Source: a virus
DNA: 64,000 bases
Strand: one strand, 5' to 3'
Virus record (IMG/VR): IMGVR_UViG_3300009594_000003
Span: 1-64,000 of that record
Numbering within the stretch: the first letter of the stretch is position 1; every line of letters begins with the position of its first letter. Below are positions 18,959-28,989 of the stretch, piece after piece. The translations under genes and the position numbers were made by a program. A model generated the notes under the pieces. It was not told the origin of the DNA. It searched no databases and saw only the letters and a list, made by a program, of their open reading frames with translations.

Positions 18959-19288
18959 TTAGGTTACACAAGGCTCATCTTGAAGCCTGCTGATCTGATC
19001 TTCTAGGTAAGCTGTTGCCAGAGCGGAAGCCTCGGCTGCGGTGCAAAGTTCGCTTTCTAGCCAGACACGATTTGTGGTGTCTTTGTAGACTATTGTGTAG
19101 TAGCTACCCTGCACATCATTGACGAGGATGGACTTGATGTATACTCGTTCGATTTTACCTTCGTCTGCGGCTTTGGCACACACGTAGGCAACTTCATTGA
19201 CAAGGAACTTGACTGCGTAGATGTATTTAACGACGACGCCAGCACACCCCTTAACCCTCAACCCTCCAGTGGCAACGTAAATCGGCAT
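18959..19288 (-). CDS. Hypothetical late protein
   Basis: TATATA box 4 nt upstream of the ATG. Confidence 0.55.
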   Translation of the reverse strand: MPIYVATGGLRVKGCAGVVVKYIYAVKFLVNEVAYVCAKAADEGKIERVYIKSILVNDVQGSYYTIVYKDTTNRVWLESELCTAAEASALATAYLEDQISRLQDEPCVT

Positions 19289-19300
19289 GTTCTATATATG

Positions 19301-19330
19301 AAAACGGCCCGCTGAAAGCGGGCCGTTTTT
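19301..19330. terminator. Intrinsic terminator
   Basis: AAAACGGCCCGC-TGAAA-GCGGGCCGTTTTT. Confidence 0.8.
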
Positions 19331-19531
19331 GATTTATGCTACCTTCCTAATCGACCAGTCTACGGCTTGGTCTGTACCGCTGATCTTTTTCAGCGTCATG
19401 TCCCAACCGTGCATTAGGATGAGTGTGGGACTTACCCAAATAAGCTGGGCCTGGACTCCAGCAAAATGAGCAATATAAATGGCTCGCTGAGTGCTACTGG
19501 ATAACACCTTCTCATATGGCGGGCTTTTCTA

Positions 19532-20308
19532 TTACATCACTAGGGCGGCGAACTCTTTTGAGAGGTCGGCTATAGCTGCTGACAGCTTTTGAACCATCTC
19601 GTGGTCCTCGTTTTCTGCCGCCGTTTGTAGTTCGACAAGTACAGCAGCCTTCTTCTGCCTGATGTGCTTGAGTGCTTTGACGACATCACGGAGCTTGGTG
19701 CAGTCCTCAAACCGCTCTTCACGGATCGCACTCGCCAACTTTTGTTCAAACGTGTCGATAGCCTCGTCTATCTTAGATCGAGGTCCACGGACCAGTCCTG
19801 CAACTGGTTGTTCTTCATCAACCGTGAGTTTCTCTAGCTCCAATTTCGGCTTCTTGCCGACATGTTGCGTGGTGCCGTGAATTTGCTGAATTGCTATATC
19901 CATTTGGTCCTTAAAATGGACATAGCAATGCGAGCAACCCATACGGCCTGTCTTCTGTATCTCTGCAAATGAGATACCGCAGGCCGGGCAGACATTTGCT
20001 AGTTGTTGGACTTGCTCATGATGCACCACAACAGGCTTGCCTTGGCTCTGGAAGTATGCCAGCAACTCAGATAGAAGCTGCCCCGGTGTGGCTGGCTGGT
20101 CGGATTTCGGTCCCTGATATTGTGAATGTTGCGGATTGTGAGGATGCAAGACCGGCAGTTGCGGCGGCACACTCAGTTTCTCGCTATTCAAGTAGACGGA
20201 GGCACACTGGTGACACAGACGTATCACCTTGGCGTTGCCATCAACAATCTCATTGATGACCACATTCTTCGGCAGTGTGCAAGGCTTGCCTGTTACGGGG
20301 CAGATCAT
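19532..20308 (-). CDS. mcsA: McsA-like protein (CxxC motifs plus UVR coiled-coil domains)
   Basis: LCHQCA, CPACG.SF.EI.KTGRMGCSHCY..F, IHG..QHVGKKP, AIREERFE...KLRD. Confidence 0.82.
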   Translation of the reverse strand: MICPVTGKPCTLPKNVVINEIVDGNAKVIRLCHQCASVYLNSEKLSVPPQLPVLHPHNPQHSQYQGPKSDQPATPGQLLSELLAYFQSQGKPVVVHHEQVQQLANVCPACGISFAEIQKTGRMGCSHCYVHFKDQMDIAIQQIHGTTQHVGKKPKLELEKLTVDEEQPVAGLVRGPRSKIDEAIDTFEQKLASAIREERFEDCTKLRDVVKALKHIRQKKAAVLVELQTAAENEDHEMVQKLSAAIADLSKEFAALVM

Positions 20309-20892
20309 TTATTGTCCTTCTTTCTCTCGATCAGTTTGTGGTGGTCGTGGAAATCCTTGACCTGTTGCTGGTACAACTTGGCATCCTTTTCAGGAATTTC
20401 CTTTGTGTACTTGCTCAGCGTGTCCTCCATGATCTTCTCGAACTTGACGGCATGATCCTTCCGAATCTGAGTTAGCTTCTTGATCGATTCTTCTATATCC
20501 GTCTTGTCGGGATTGCGGTCGGTCTTTTCCAGGTCTTCCTTGGTAGTCGCCTTATATCGTTCGGGAGCAGTCGTAGCTTCCTTCGCCCAGGCTTGATTCA
20601 ATCCGGCGAGTTGTTTGCTGAGATTCTCGGCCTGGAGCAAGTAGAAAAGGTCTCTCTCGAAATCAGTCAGGTCTTTCAGTTTGGCTGTTTTCTTGGTTTT
20701 GGTATTTTCCAACTCGTAGTCCTTGTAGAACTCCGGGCTGTTGATGTTTTTACTCCAGTTCTCGGCGTTCTTCAGTGCTTCAAGATAATCCTTGACTTTC
20801 GGGCCGTCATCCTTCTGGGTGTAGGCAGAGCCGGTCACAAACAAAAGGCTGGTGAAGGCTAGAGCTAGGCTTAGCGGGACAATGCATTTCAT
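20305..20892 (-). CDS. Secreted helical hypothetical protein
   Basis: signal peptide, GGGAG RBS, Lys/Glu-rich. Confidence 0.7.
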   Translation of the reverse strand: MKCIVPLSLALAFTSLLFVTGSAYTQKDDGPKVKDYLEALKNAENWSKNINSPEFYKDYELENTKTKKTAKLKDLTDFERDLFYLLQAENLSKQLAGLNQAWAKEATTAPERYKATTKEDLEKTDRNPDKTDIEESIKKLTQIRKDHAVKFEKIMEDTLSKYTKEIPEKDAKLYQQQVKDFHDHHKLIERKKDNK

Positions 20893-20962
20893 GATTGGCT
20901 CCCTTGTAAGGGTGAAGTTTGATAACCTATTCTAGTAGTTTGGCGAAAAAGATCAAATCCAA

Positions 20963-21784
20963 TTATATCTGAATCGGAGAGCCAGTAATCCTTAGATCGA
21001 AACCATCTAGAAACAGAGCGGCTGTATTTGGAGTTACAGTACGCTCAATCCAAACAGGGACACTCTCGCCCGCACGTAGTATACCTATGTTGATGGGGTT
21101 TATTTTTTTGGCATTGAGGAAATCTACGCCGAATGGCTTCTGGTTGTCAAAGTCTATAGACGGTGCTATCTGGTTAATCGGGGCACCGTCTACTAGTTTG
21201 GCGGCACTAACGGTAAACGAACCGACCAAGTTAGTGGTGTTCACAACGGTAAGCAAGTCGTGGAACTTCTTGTCATCGTCGCCAGCAAAATGTATCTCGA
21301 AGAATCTAGTGCCTCCAGCGGTCGAGACGTTGACAAACACGCCGGATAGCAGGCTCAGATTATTCAGTTCGTCCTCTAGATTCTGGCCCCAGACGTTCAA
21401 ATCGCTGTCATAGTTCCAGTTGAAAGTTTGATTTTCGTACTGCATCACCAGAAACCCGCCAGAAACGGGGCCGCTGATTGCAACTCGCTGGATGTCTCTG
21501 GAGGTTTCTACGCCAATTTTCAACGTGGCACCACCAAGGATATCGTTAGCCATGTAGAGCGAAACATCGAACAGCGAATCTGTGCTATGATTATTGAAAA
21601 TGTAGATGCAGCGGTAATCTACCTTGCCAGTGCCAGCACTCTCCTTTTGGGTGTCGGGAAAAAGGTTGTTTAACAAATTACCAATTACAATTGCAGAGGG
21701 ATCACCGCCAAGGGATTCGGCGGGATCATTGTTTGCCGTACCCCCAGAGTAAACGAAAACTATGTCATTCGCACCTATAGCCAT
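20963..21784 (-). CDS. Putative tail/baseplate-associated structural protein
   Basis: YSGG..N.DP..SLGG and NNLF.D...G..DYRC.YI.N motifs seen in myophage structural proteins; beta-rich. Confidence 0.55.
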   Translation of the reverse strand: MAIGANDIVFVYSGGTANNDPAESLGGDPSAIVIGNLLNNLFPDTQKESAGTGKVDYRCIYIFNNHSTDSLFDVSLYMANDILGGATLKIGVETSRDIQRVAISGPVSGGFLVMQYENQTFNWNYDSDLNVWGQNLEDELNNLSLLSGVFVNVSTAGGTRFFEIHFAGDDDKKFHDLLTVVNTTNLVGSFTVSAAKLVDGAPINQIAPSIDFDNQKPFGVDFLNAKKINPINIGILRAGESVPVWIERTVTPNTAALFLDGFDLRITGSPIQI

Positions 21785-22083
21785 TATTTCCCTCGTTTCA
21801 AAATGTACCGGACATTTCTAGGTGTGTAGCCCGTCATCTGTGCTATAGTAGAGACGTTAAAAAATGGATTTTCCGCCAGAGCTAAGACATTGTGGTGGTT
21901 TGTCACCTGCCGGTTCGGTCTTCCGTGTTTGTGCAGGATTCGATAGACTTCCGCAACGGATTTCCCTGTCTTTAGTGCGATGTCTCGCACCTTCATCCCT
22001 GGGTCGCCAAAATACATGTTGGCAACCTCGAACTCCGAATATTGCTTTAGTTCTGTCAAGAAGTCCTTAAAAGAGAAGTCCAT
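21784..22083 (-). CDS. CTS-like protein with two HTH motifs
   Basis: MDFSFKDFLTE; VRDIALKTGKSVAEVYRIL and VSTIAQMTGYTPRNVRYIL; TAAATA box 4 nt upstream. Confidence 0.65.
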   Translation of the reverse strand: MDFSFKDFLTELKQYSEFEVANMYFGDPGMKVRDIALKTGKSVAEVYRILHKHGRPNRQVTNHHNVLALAENPFFNVSTIAQMTGYTPRNVRYILKRGK

Positions 22084-22118
22084 ACCCTATTTAGATAGAC
22101 GGAACGTAATTCCTGTTA

Positions 22119-22147
22119 TTGACGCTTTGTTCCATAGCAGGTAGAAT
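22119..22147 (+). promoter_or_regulatory. Sigma70-like early promoter
   Basis: TTGACG-N17-TAGAAT followed by GAGGAGG RBS. Confidence 0.65.
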
Positions 22148-22175
22148 CTAGCTGGTTCAGAGGAGGAATTTCTAT

Positions 22176-23126
22176 ATGGCGGTCTTCAGCTTCGGGAGCG
22201 ATCCCGAATTCATGCTTTGGAAAAATGGCATTTTCTACAGTGCCATTAACATCGTGCCGGGCAGCAAAAAGGCCTGTTACGTTATAGACGGCTGCAACTT
22301 TTACTACGACAATGTGTTGGCAGAATGCACGATTCAGCCAGCGAAAACCAAAAAAGAAACAGTCAAGAATATCCGCAAGTCTCTCACGTTGTACGCCAAC
22401 TTGGTCAGGCCCTATTACCTCGTTCCCAGGGCTTCACACCGCTACGATTGGAACCAGTTGAAGAGCAAAGAAGCACTAGAAGCCGGGTGCGATCCAGAAT
22501 GGTGTGCCTATAGTCTGGAAGTAAAAAAGCCTGACAAGGTGTTTTTCCGCAAGAACAACCTGCGGAGTGGCGGCGGACATATTCACCTTGGCTCAAAGAC
22601 AATTATCAAAAAGCAGCGTGGGCTGATCTTCACCACTAGGATGCTCGATCTCTTCCTGGGCATTCCTAGCATCCTCCTAGACCACGATACCTCCTCACCA
22701 GAGCGTCGGAAACTCTACGGCCTTGCCGGTAGATTCCGCAAGCCAGACTACGGTGTAGAGTATCGATCTATCGGTAACTTCTGGCTCGCTAGCCCAAAGT
22801 TGGTTGAGTTGGTCTATGACATCTGCGATTTCACCCTGGGGTTCATAGACGCCGACAAGCATCTAGAATTCTGGACTATTGACGAAGAGCGTCTGGCTTC
22901 AGATGACGCTTGGAATGATGAGAGCTTCAACCCGGCAGACTGCCACAAATGCCACGGTTATGATGTGGCAGCGTTGAGAGACGCCATCGATAATTCCAAT
23001 AAAGCCAAAGCCAGGAAATTCATGGACTTCCTGAAACAACAGATGCCTTCCAAGCTCTATGAAGACATTTGCAGCCTTGCAGATCATCCTGATTTCGAGA
23101 TGTACAAAGAATGGAGACTCAAATGA
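22176..23126 (+). CDS. phiEco32-like COOH-NH2 ligase type 2
   Basis: GSDPEF, DNVLAE, GCDP, RSGGGHIH.G, RR.LYG.AG.FR...YGVEYR. Confidence 0.82.
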   Translation: MAVFSFGSDPEFMLWKNGIFYSAINIVPGSKKACYVIDGCNFYYDNVLAECTIQPAKTKKETVKNIRKSLTLYANLVRPYYLVPRASHRYDWNQLKSKEALEAGCDPEWCAYSLEVKKPDKVFFRKNNLRSGGGHIHLGSKTIIKKQRGLIFTTRMLDLFLGIPSILLDHDTSSPERRKLYGLAGRFRKPDYGVEYRSIGNFWLASPKLVELVYDICDFTLGFIDADKHLEFWTIDEERLASDDAWNDESFNPADCHKCHGYDVAALRDAIDNSNKAKARKFMDFLKQQMPSKLYEDICSLADHPDFEMYKEWRLK

Positions 23127-23755
23127 TTGAAATCTACCCGACCCTCATCAATCCCACTCTCGCCAAGAAATGTATCATCTTCATGGCTGGCCGAGGCGGT
23201 ACGACAAGAGGGCGGCATTTTGAACTCTACAAAGAGCAGCTAGAGAAAATGAAGGCGGAGAATGTGTTACTTGTCGGGGCTGCTGCGATCAAGGAATACT
23301 ACCAACAGCCCAGGGGTCCACACGACCAAGCTGAAGCTATTCGTGGTCAAGGCAAAGCAGTAGGCCAGATTATGAATCTGGTTCTATCTATGGAACATGA
23401 TTACGAAGTGAAAAGAGAGAACATCTGGTTGGCTGGCTTTTCAGCCGGGGCTGTAATGGCTGTGATGACGGCGGTTCAGGCGACAAAACACTTTGGCGGC
23501 GTCATCGCACACAACGGTGCCATACTAGAACCGAACAACATTCCCGAAGCCAATGGCATGAAGACACCGTTTGCATTGTTCCACACAAAGGACGACAGTG
23601 TATTCAAGTGGGACGAACGATATCTGCCAATGAAGAAGGCACTAATCGACAAGAAGTACAATGTGACTTGTTTCGAGACTAAAGAAGGCGGGCACACTAT
23701 TTCCCAAGAACAAATAGAACAAGCTTGTTCGTTTATCTCCCGGCTACACGCATAA
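23123..23755 (+). CDS. Phospholipase/carboxylesterase-like alpha/beta hydrolase
   Basis: AGFSAGA nucleophile elbow, H..DD.V, GGH. Confidence 0.78.
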   Translation: MIEIYPTLINPTLAKKCIIFMAGRGGTTRGRHFELYKEQLEKMKAENVLLVGAAAIKEYYQQPRGPHDQAEAIRGQGKAVGQIMNLVLSMEHDYEVKRENIWLAGFSAGAVMAVMTAVQATKHFGGVIAHNGAILEPNNIPEANGMKTPFALFHTKDDSVFKWDERYLPMKKALIDKKYNVTCFETKEGGHTISQEQIEQACSFISRLHA

Positions 23756-24608
23756 CAGTCATTCTGCCTGGAGGAACTTGAGCCTTCAATCCAGTCAAAG
23801 CTACTTCTTCGGGCGTAATAGGCTGGAGATGTACCTTCAACCCGGTTTGCTGCTTAGAAAGTTCCAAAGCAAGAACCGGGAATTCCTTTTTGAACTCCTC
23901 CCAATCGAAACCTGGGGCTAGTTTCAATTCCTTGCCAAGAAGTACAAAGTATTTGTTGAGAGGCGAATCTGCGGCTAGTCTGCCAACATAGGCGTGATCG
24001 AAGTCGCTAAGAATGATCATCTTTTGGGGAGGGTAATCACCGTAGACGTAGTAGCAACTAGTTTGAGCCACTACTTCGGTGAACATGGCCTGGGCTGCCA
24101 AACATTTTCCAGCCTTAACCTGATCTGGGTTACAAAGGGTCTTCAAATGCCGGTTGTAGGCCCCATACTCGCCTCTGGCAGAGAAGGGGTGCTGTCCGGC
24201 GTAGTGTGAAATGATGTCATGAACGCCTCTGCCACGAACATTGGTCTCGTTATCCCAAGCTGGATGATCCCTCTTATTTGAATCGGCGTCAGGGCCGGGT
24301 TTCTCGGCGTAGACATTTACCACTGGTTTTTTAATTCCGGCTGCTTTTTGGGTGTTGATGGCCTGAGTCATCTGCCTCATGCTCTTGTAAGGATCATCCA
24401 TCGTCGGATTCATGACCCACCTACTCTTCAAAAAGTTATATTGCCTGCCGATCTTCCTTTGCAGGTCTTCGTAAGCGGCCCTGGCCCCAGGCTCTTCTGA
24501 AGAGGCGATCATGTAAGATGCAGCCACAAGCCGCTGGAAAATGGAGCCTTTGTAGCTTCCCTTTAGAGCGAGTGCTTCTTGAAGTGATAACCAATTGACG
24601 AAATCCAT
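23733..24608 (-). CDS. CTS-like protein with R.VHD..SH / RGE..AY..H motifs
   Basis: MDFVNWLSLQE; RGVHDIISHY, FSARGEYGAYNRH, FTEVVAQ. Confidence 0.6.
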   Translation of the reverse strand: MDFVNWLSLQEALALKGSYKGSIFQRLVAASYMIASSEEPGARAAYEDLQRKIGRQYNFLKSRWVMNPTMDDPYKSMRQMTQAINTQKAAGIKKPVVNVYAEKPGPDADSNKRDHPAWDNETNVRGRGVHDIISHYAGQHPFSARGEYGAYNRHLKTLCNPDQVKAGKCLAAQAMFTEVVAQTSCYYVYGDYPPQKMIILSDFDHAYVGRLAADSPLNKYFVLLGKELKLAPGFDWEEFKKEFPVLALELSKQQTGLKVHLQPITPEEVALTGLKAQVPPGRMTVMRVAGR

Positions 24609-24611
24609 GTC

Positions 24612-25418
24612 TTATCTACTATGTCTGCGAAGTTTTCTGCATTCCTCCTTCATCCACTCCTTGAACTCCGATGAACGGCACTCGTTGCACGTCCATTTCA
24701 TGCCAATGTAGCGAAAAATGTCCAACTCAAGATACAAACGCTTCTTGTGAATGAAACATATTTCGCCACACTGCCCGCACCATAACTTTTTACGCCCCGG
24801 CTTGGCATCCTCGTTAAAGCGATAATGTTTGGCAAGATAGGCTTCAACGGGGTCCACAGATGAACGGTGGTTCACCGAGAACTTCGGTACAACGGCTTCC
24901 CGTTTGGCTTTCTTTCGCTTTTTGGGGAGGTTGTCGTAGTAATCACGAAGAGGCCCTGGCATAGCAGGCACAGGAAACTTGGTGCCACGCAACCACTGAT
25001 ATGTTGCTCCTGTTTCGCAAACAAAGCTGGGAGGGACTACGGATTGGTGCCCATTGCCACGAAATTCTATGTTTTGATAGACAATTCTGGTTAGATCGGG
25101 GTCTGGAGAAAGAAAAAGATGGTGCTGGGACTTGGAACTACGCCACGTAGGATGTGGGTAATCTCCGATGAGCTTCTGTAGCGTGGCATTTGCTTCCTCG
25201 TCGTCGCCCTCAACATCTACGACATCTCCCAGCAAAATGCCTATATTGGCACCGGGATAGACGTAGAAACCCTCTCTACATCGCTCGACGGACCAGTCCT
25301 TATTCCAGCCCATACCAATCGGTCTTTTTGACGAGCGGTGTAATGGAATAGGCTTGAGTCCCTGACCAATGTATGCTTCGACAAAATCAGCAATGAAAGC
25401 TTCCTTTGGCATAATCAA
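24612..25418 (-). CDS. Bifunctional DNA primase/polymerase N-terminal (Prim-Pol) domain protein
   Basis: IPL....KRP...W, NIGILLG.VVDVEGD, HHLF, VVPPS...G..Y.W; C-terminal CxxC pairs. Confidence 0.8.
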   Translation of the reverse strand: MIMPKEAFIADFVEAYIGQGLKPIPLHRSSKRPIGMGWNKDWSVERCREGFYVYPGANIGILLGDVVDVEGDDEEANATLQKLIGDYPHPTWRSSKSQHHLFLSPDPDLTRIVYQNIEFRGNGHQSVVPPSFVCETGATYQWLRGTKFPVPAMPGPLRDYYDNLPKKRKKAKREAVVPKFSVNHRSSVDPVEAYLAKHYRFNEDAKPGRKKLWCGQCGEICFIHKKRLYLELDIFRYIGMKWTCNECRSSEFKEWMKEECRKLRRHSR

Positions 25419-25712
25419 AGTATTATACCAGACTGTCGAAAACCATCAAGCCTTGTATTTCACGGCCTCGATTATCTGCGATCTAGTCAGCGTCTCTACC
25501 TTGATACTGTGTTTGTGTGCCCAATCAGCAATTTTGGCGTATATAGCTAACCGATCCCTTCTCAGCCAATAGTTGGTAAGTGCCATTGATCTCCCCGTTC
25601 TTATTAACGGTGGAGTTAGATATACCAGATTCTATAGATAACGCAATAGCTACTCTAGACATTTTTGCCAAAATAGAATAAATTGTACCACGACCTAGAA
25701 AGGGAAACCTAC

Positions 25713-26633
25713 ATGAAAGTTTTCGTTACTGGCGGGACCGGCTTCATCGGCTCAAATCTAGTCAAAGAACTAGTAAAGAGAGGGCATAGAGTAGTGGCGA
25801 CTGGTTGCAAAACCGAGGTCAAATTACATGGCGACGTGCAATTTCTCGGTCTGCATTTAATGGGCATCAACTGGCACGCCCTGGACGGTATAGATGCCGT
25901 GGTGCATCTTGCGGCCAATAACGACACGATGGACCGGGATAGGCAAGAGATGTTCTTGGCTAATGTAGACTCTTCGGTAAAGTTGATGTATGAGGCAGGG
26001 TGCCGTGGTGCTAAGAGCTTTGTATACGCCTCTAGTTGTGCCGTGTACGGTTCCGCTCCTGCTCCTTATGTCGAAGATGAAACAGTTCCAGTTCCACTCA
26101 ATGTATATGGTGAATCCAAGCTATACATAGAAAAGGAAGCCGAGGTCTATTGGAACAGGGTGGGCACAACTTCGCTTCAAAAGATGCCGATGATTGGGCT
26201 GAGATTCTCGAACGTGTACGGCCCAGGAGAGGATCACAAGGGAAAACGAGCCAGCATGGTGCATCAGATCATACAGAAAATGCTACGAGGGCAGTCGCCA
26301 CGGCTATTCGAGTTCGGCGAACAACAAAGGGATTGGGTCTATGTAGACGACGTGGTGCAGGCAATTGTACTCGCATTAGAGTACACAGGTCCACACGTAG
26401 TTCTCAATTGCGGCAGCGGTAAAGCTGAGTCTTTCAACAAAATCGTACAGATAGCCAACAAGCTAATTCGTACAAACAACGGGCTAATTCCGCTCGACAT
26501 CCTGTATGTGGCTAACCCTAGCCCAGAGACCTACCAGGATTTTACTCTCTGCGATATGAGCAAAGCCGAAAGAGTGCTTGGTCACAAACCTAAATACGAC
26601 CTGGAGGCGGGCATAGCCGCCCTCTTGAAATAA
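25713..26633 (+). CDS. NAD-dependent sugar epimerase, HldD/RfaD-like
   Basis: VTGGTGFIGS, YASS.AVYG, YGESK, NVYGPGE.HKG.RASM, RDWVYV.D. Confidence 0.85.
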   Translation: MKVFVTGGTGFIGSNLVKELVKRGHRVVATGCKTEVKLHGDVQFLGLHLMGINWHALDGIDAVVHLAANNDTMDRDRQEMFLANVDSSVKLMYEAGCRGAKSFVYASSCAVYGSAPAPYVEDETVPVPLNVYGESKLYIEKEAEVYWNRVGTTSLQKMPMIGLRFSNVYGPGEDHKGKRASMVHQIIQKMLRGQSPRLFEFGEQQRDWVYVDDVVQAIVLALEYTGPHVVLNCGSGKAESFNKIVQIANKLIRTNNGLIPLDILYVANPSPETYQDFTLCDMSKAERVLGHKPKYDLEAGIAALLK

Positions 26634-26670
26634 AAAAATCAATGGGCCGGAAAACCGGCCCATTGATTTT
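26632..26670. terminator. Bidirectional terminator
   Basis: AAAATCAATGGGCCGG-AAAA-CCGGCCCATTGATTTT. Confidence 0.85.
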
Positions 26671-26688
26671 GGAGGTTATTGGAGTTAC

Positions 26689-27480
26689 TTATAGCTGACC
26701 GATTCTGGTTGCAGGCGAAAATCCAGGTTCTCCTGGTTTTGGCTGAGTCTCGCCTTGCGGCACTTGAGCCAAAGCTAAAGCGTTAGGGTCTATCTCTGGA
26801 AAAAGTGCATCCTCTCGCACGCTGATGCCATCCCAATTCTTCTGATTTGGGTCTGGACCAATCATGCCCATGACGGAGTTCCACCAATCGGTTTCCTCCT
26901 TCGTCATTTGCTTCTTGGCACCCTTCTTCATTGTCTTGCAGGAACATTTGGACATCATCTTGTTGCAGCCCTTACACTTGCCGTCGTCCTTCTTCATGCC
27001 CTTCTTCATTATCTCACCCTTGGCAAACGGCGGCTTCTTACCCTTGCCCTTCTTCGGCGGTGGAGGCATATCCATGTCTTCTTCGTCACCCATGCCTTCT
27101 TCGTCACTCATGCCTTCTTCGTCGCCCAGGTCTAGTTCCTCATCGCCCAGGCCCTCTTCGTCGCCTAGTTCTTCGTCGCCCAGACCTTCCTCATCATCCA
27201 AACTGACTTTTTCCTCGTCGTCCAGGCCCTCTTCATCACCTAGTTCAAGGTCGGCATCGTCTAGCTTTGGATCAAGTTCTTCTTCGTCTTCAGGAACATC
27301 CTTGCCGAACATCTTTTTCTTCATCTTCTTGGCTTCTAATAGCTTCCACTTTGCAAGCCAATCAGAAGCTCCAGTTGACCCGACAATACCGCCAACAGTA
27401 GCGGGCCGAGCAACACCTAGAGTGAACGATGTTCCGGTTACGGACTCGTTTAAGTCTCTCCATTCCTTAAATGTCAGCAT
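26689..27480 (-). CDS. CTS-like acidic/basic low-complexity protein (scaffold or internal head candidate)
   Basis: MLTFKEWRDLNES; repeated (L/M)GDEE units flanked by KKM-rich blocks. Confidence 0.7.
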   Translation of the reverse strand: MLTFKEWRDLNESVTGTSFTLGVARPATVGGIVGSTGASDWLAKWKLLEAKKMKKKMFGKDVPEDEEELDPKLDDADLELGDEEGLDDEEKVSLDDEEGLGDEELGDEEGLGDEELDLGDEEGMSDEEGMGDEEDMDMPPPPKKGKGKKPPFAKGEIMKKGMKKDDGKCKGCNKMMSKCSCKTMKKGAKKQMTKEETDWWNSVMGMIGPDPNQKNWDGISVREDALFPEIDPNALALAQVPQGETQPKPGEPGFSPATRIGQL

Positions 27481-27595
27481 GTGTTGTCTCCAAAAATCTT
27501 GTATCTAATACCAATTGCTGGTAAACTATATATGTAGGAGTGCCCGAATTCAACCAGGCACCGTCCATTTCTTATTATCTTATCTAGGAGGCAAT

Positions 27596-27889
27596 ATGAA
27601 GAAATTCATAGCTACAATCGGTCTGTTGGCCTTGGGACTTTTTGCATTTGGATCAACGGCTCAAGCACAGCAAAGGCACAATCACCCAAACAACAACCAT
27701 CACTACAACCAGTACAACAACCACAACAACTGTAACCCGTACCCGTATCCGCACCATCATCACTATCCAAGGCCGTACCCATATCCTTATCCATACGTGA
27801 ACCCCTACTACCCGTATTACCCGTACCCGTATTACCCGTACCCGTATTATCCACACAGCTACTTCCAGTTTCAGCTTAGGATTCGTTAA
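27596..27889 (+). CDS. Secreted His/Asn/Tyr/Pro-rich small protein
   Basis: AGGAGG RBS, signal peptide ending AQA, YPY repeats. Confidence 0.65.
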   Translation: MKKFIATIGLLALGLFAFGSTAQAQQRHNHPNNNHHYNQYNNHNNCNPYPYPHHHHYPRPYPYPYPYVNPYYPYYPYPYYPYPYYPHSYFQFQLRIR

Positions 27890-28743
27890 TGAAAAATCAC
27901 CTACTCAGGGCGGCAGTCATCATCGTTGGCCTAGTTCTAGGTTGGAACGGGTTTAAGTGGTGGTACAGTCGCCAGTTTGCATTGGAGTACATCCAAGAAG
28001 ACTTCCTACAAAACAGGAAGAATGAGATGACTCCTATAATTCCGCAGCAACAAACCGAAGAAATGAAAATAATCGAGGCGATAAACACTAGAAACGCCTC
28101 GATCAATTCGGTAAGCTGTAATGTGGATATCCGGGCTACCCACCAATTCACGGTGAAGCTCACCGCAGTCATTCGCCATGAAAAGAAGCTCCGGTTCCGA
28201 ATGCAGACAAATTCAGTTCTAGGTAGGGAATCAGACATCGGTTCTAACGATACGCACTTCTGGTTCTGGTCTAAAAGGATGGACCCGCCCTACCTGTTTT
28301 TTGGGCGGCACGAGAACCTGATGAAGAGCAGATTGCGGACACCCTTTAACCCTGAGTGGCTTGTAGAACTGTTGGGCGTTGGGGATATAAACTACCAGAA
28401 TGCTTTCGTCGTAAGAAACGGCAAGCTCGTAGCCATCCTGCAACCGAAAACAAGTACGAACGGTGAACAAATCACCAAAGTCACATTGATCGATCCAGAG
28501 AGAATGGTGGTGGTGGGCCACTATCTCTATGATTCGGCGGATAAACTGATCGCCAGTGCTGAGGTAGAAAGTTTGTTGACTACCAACACCGGCCATATCG
28601 TTCCACGCAAGTTGAAAATGATCTGGCACGAAGAAGGTGTATTAGTAGAATGGACTCTGCGGGACATCAGAATCAACGCCCCACAGAGTCCATCTAGCTG
28701 GCAAATGCCAGACGTAAGACAAAAAATGGAGTTAGGCAACTAA
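27889..28743 (+). CDS. Membrane-anchored beta-rich protein (LolA-like fold possible)
   Basis: N-terminal TM helix; DIGSND..FWFWSKR..PP motif. Confidence 0.6.
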   Translation: MKNHLLRAAVIIVGLVLGWNGFKWWYSRQFALEYIQEDFLQNRKNEMTPIIPQQQTEEMKIIEAINTRNASINSVSCNVDIRATHQFTVKLTAVIRHEKKLRFRMQTNSVLGRESDIGSNDTHFWFWSKRMDPPYLFFGRHENLMKSRLRTPFNPEWLVELLGVGDINYQNAFVVRNGKLVAILQPKTSTNGEQITKVTLIDPERMVVVGHYLYDSADKLIASAEVESLLTTNTGHIVPRKLKMIWHEEGVLVEWTLRDIRINAPQSPSSWQMPDVRQKMELGN

Positions 28744-28745
28744 CA

Positions 28746-28976
28746 TTACTTGCCGAACTTCTTGAGAATAGTTTCTCTCCTCTTCTTTTCAATGGCTAGC
28801 CGTTCCTTGTTCATGCCAGCGGGACTTTTTTGTTGTTGCACTGCCAAAGCCCTCAACTCGGTTGGAGACTTTGCGGCAGCCAAACCCCCCTGGATCGATC
28901 TTTGAGCAGGCGTGACCACCGGCCTTGCTCCCGCCACGTTTCTGATTGGCCTTCCACCACCGCAGCCACATCCCAT
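28746..28976 (-). CDS. Small basic protein starting MGCGCGG
   Basis: GGAGG RBS before the ATG at 28976. Confidence 0.6.
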   Translation of the reverse strand: MGCGCGGGRPIRNVAGARPVVTPAQRSIQGGLAAAKSPTELRALAVQQQKSPAGMNKERLAIEKKRRETILKKFGK

Positions 28977-28989
28977 AGTGTACCTCCAA

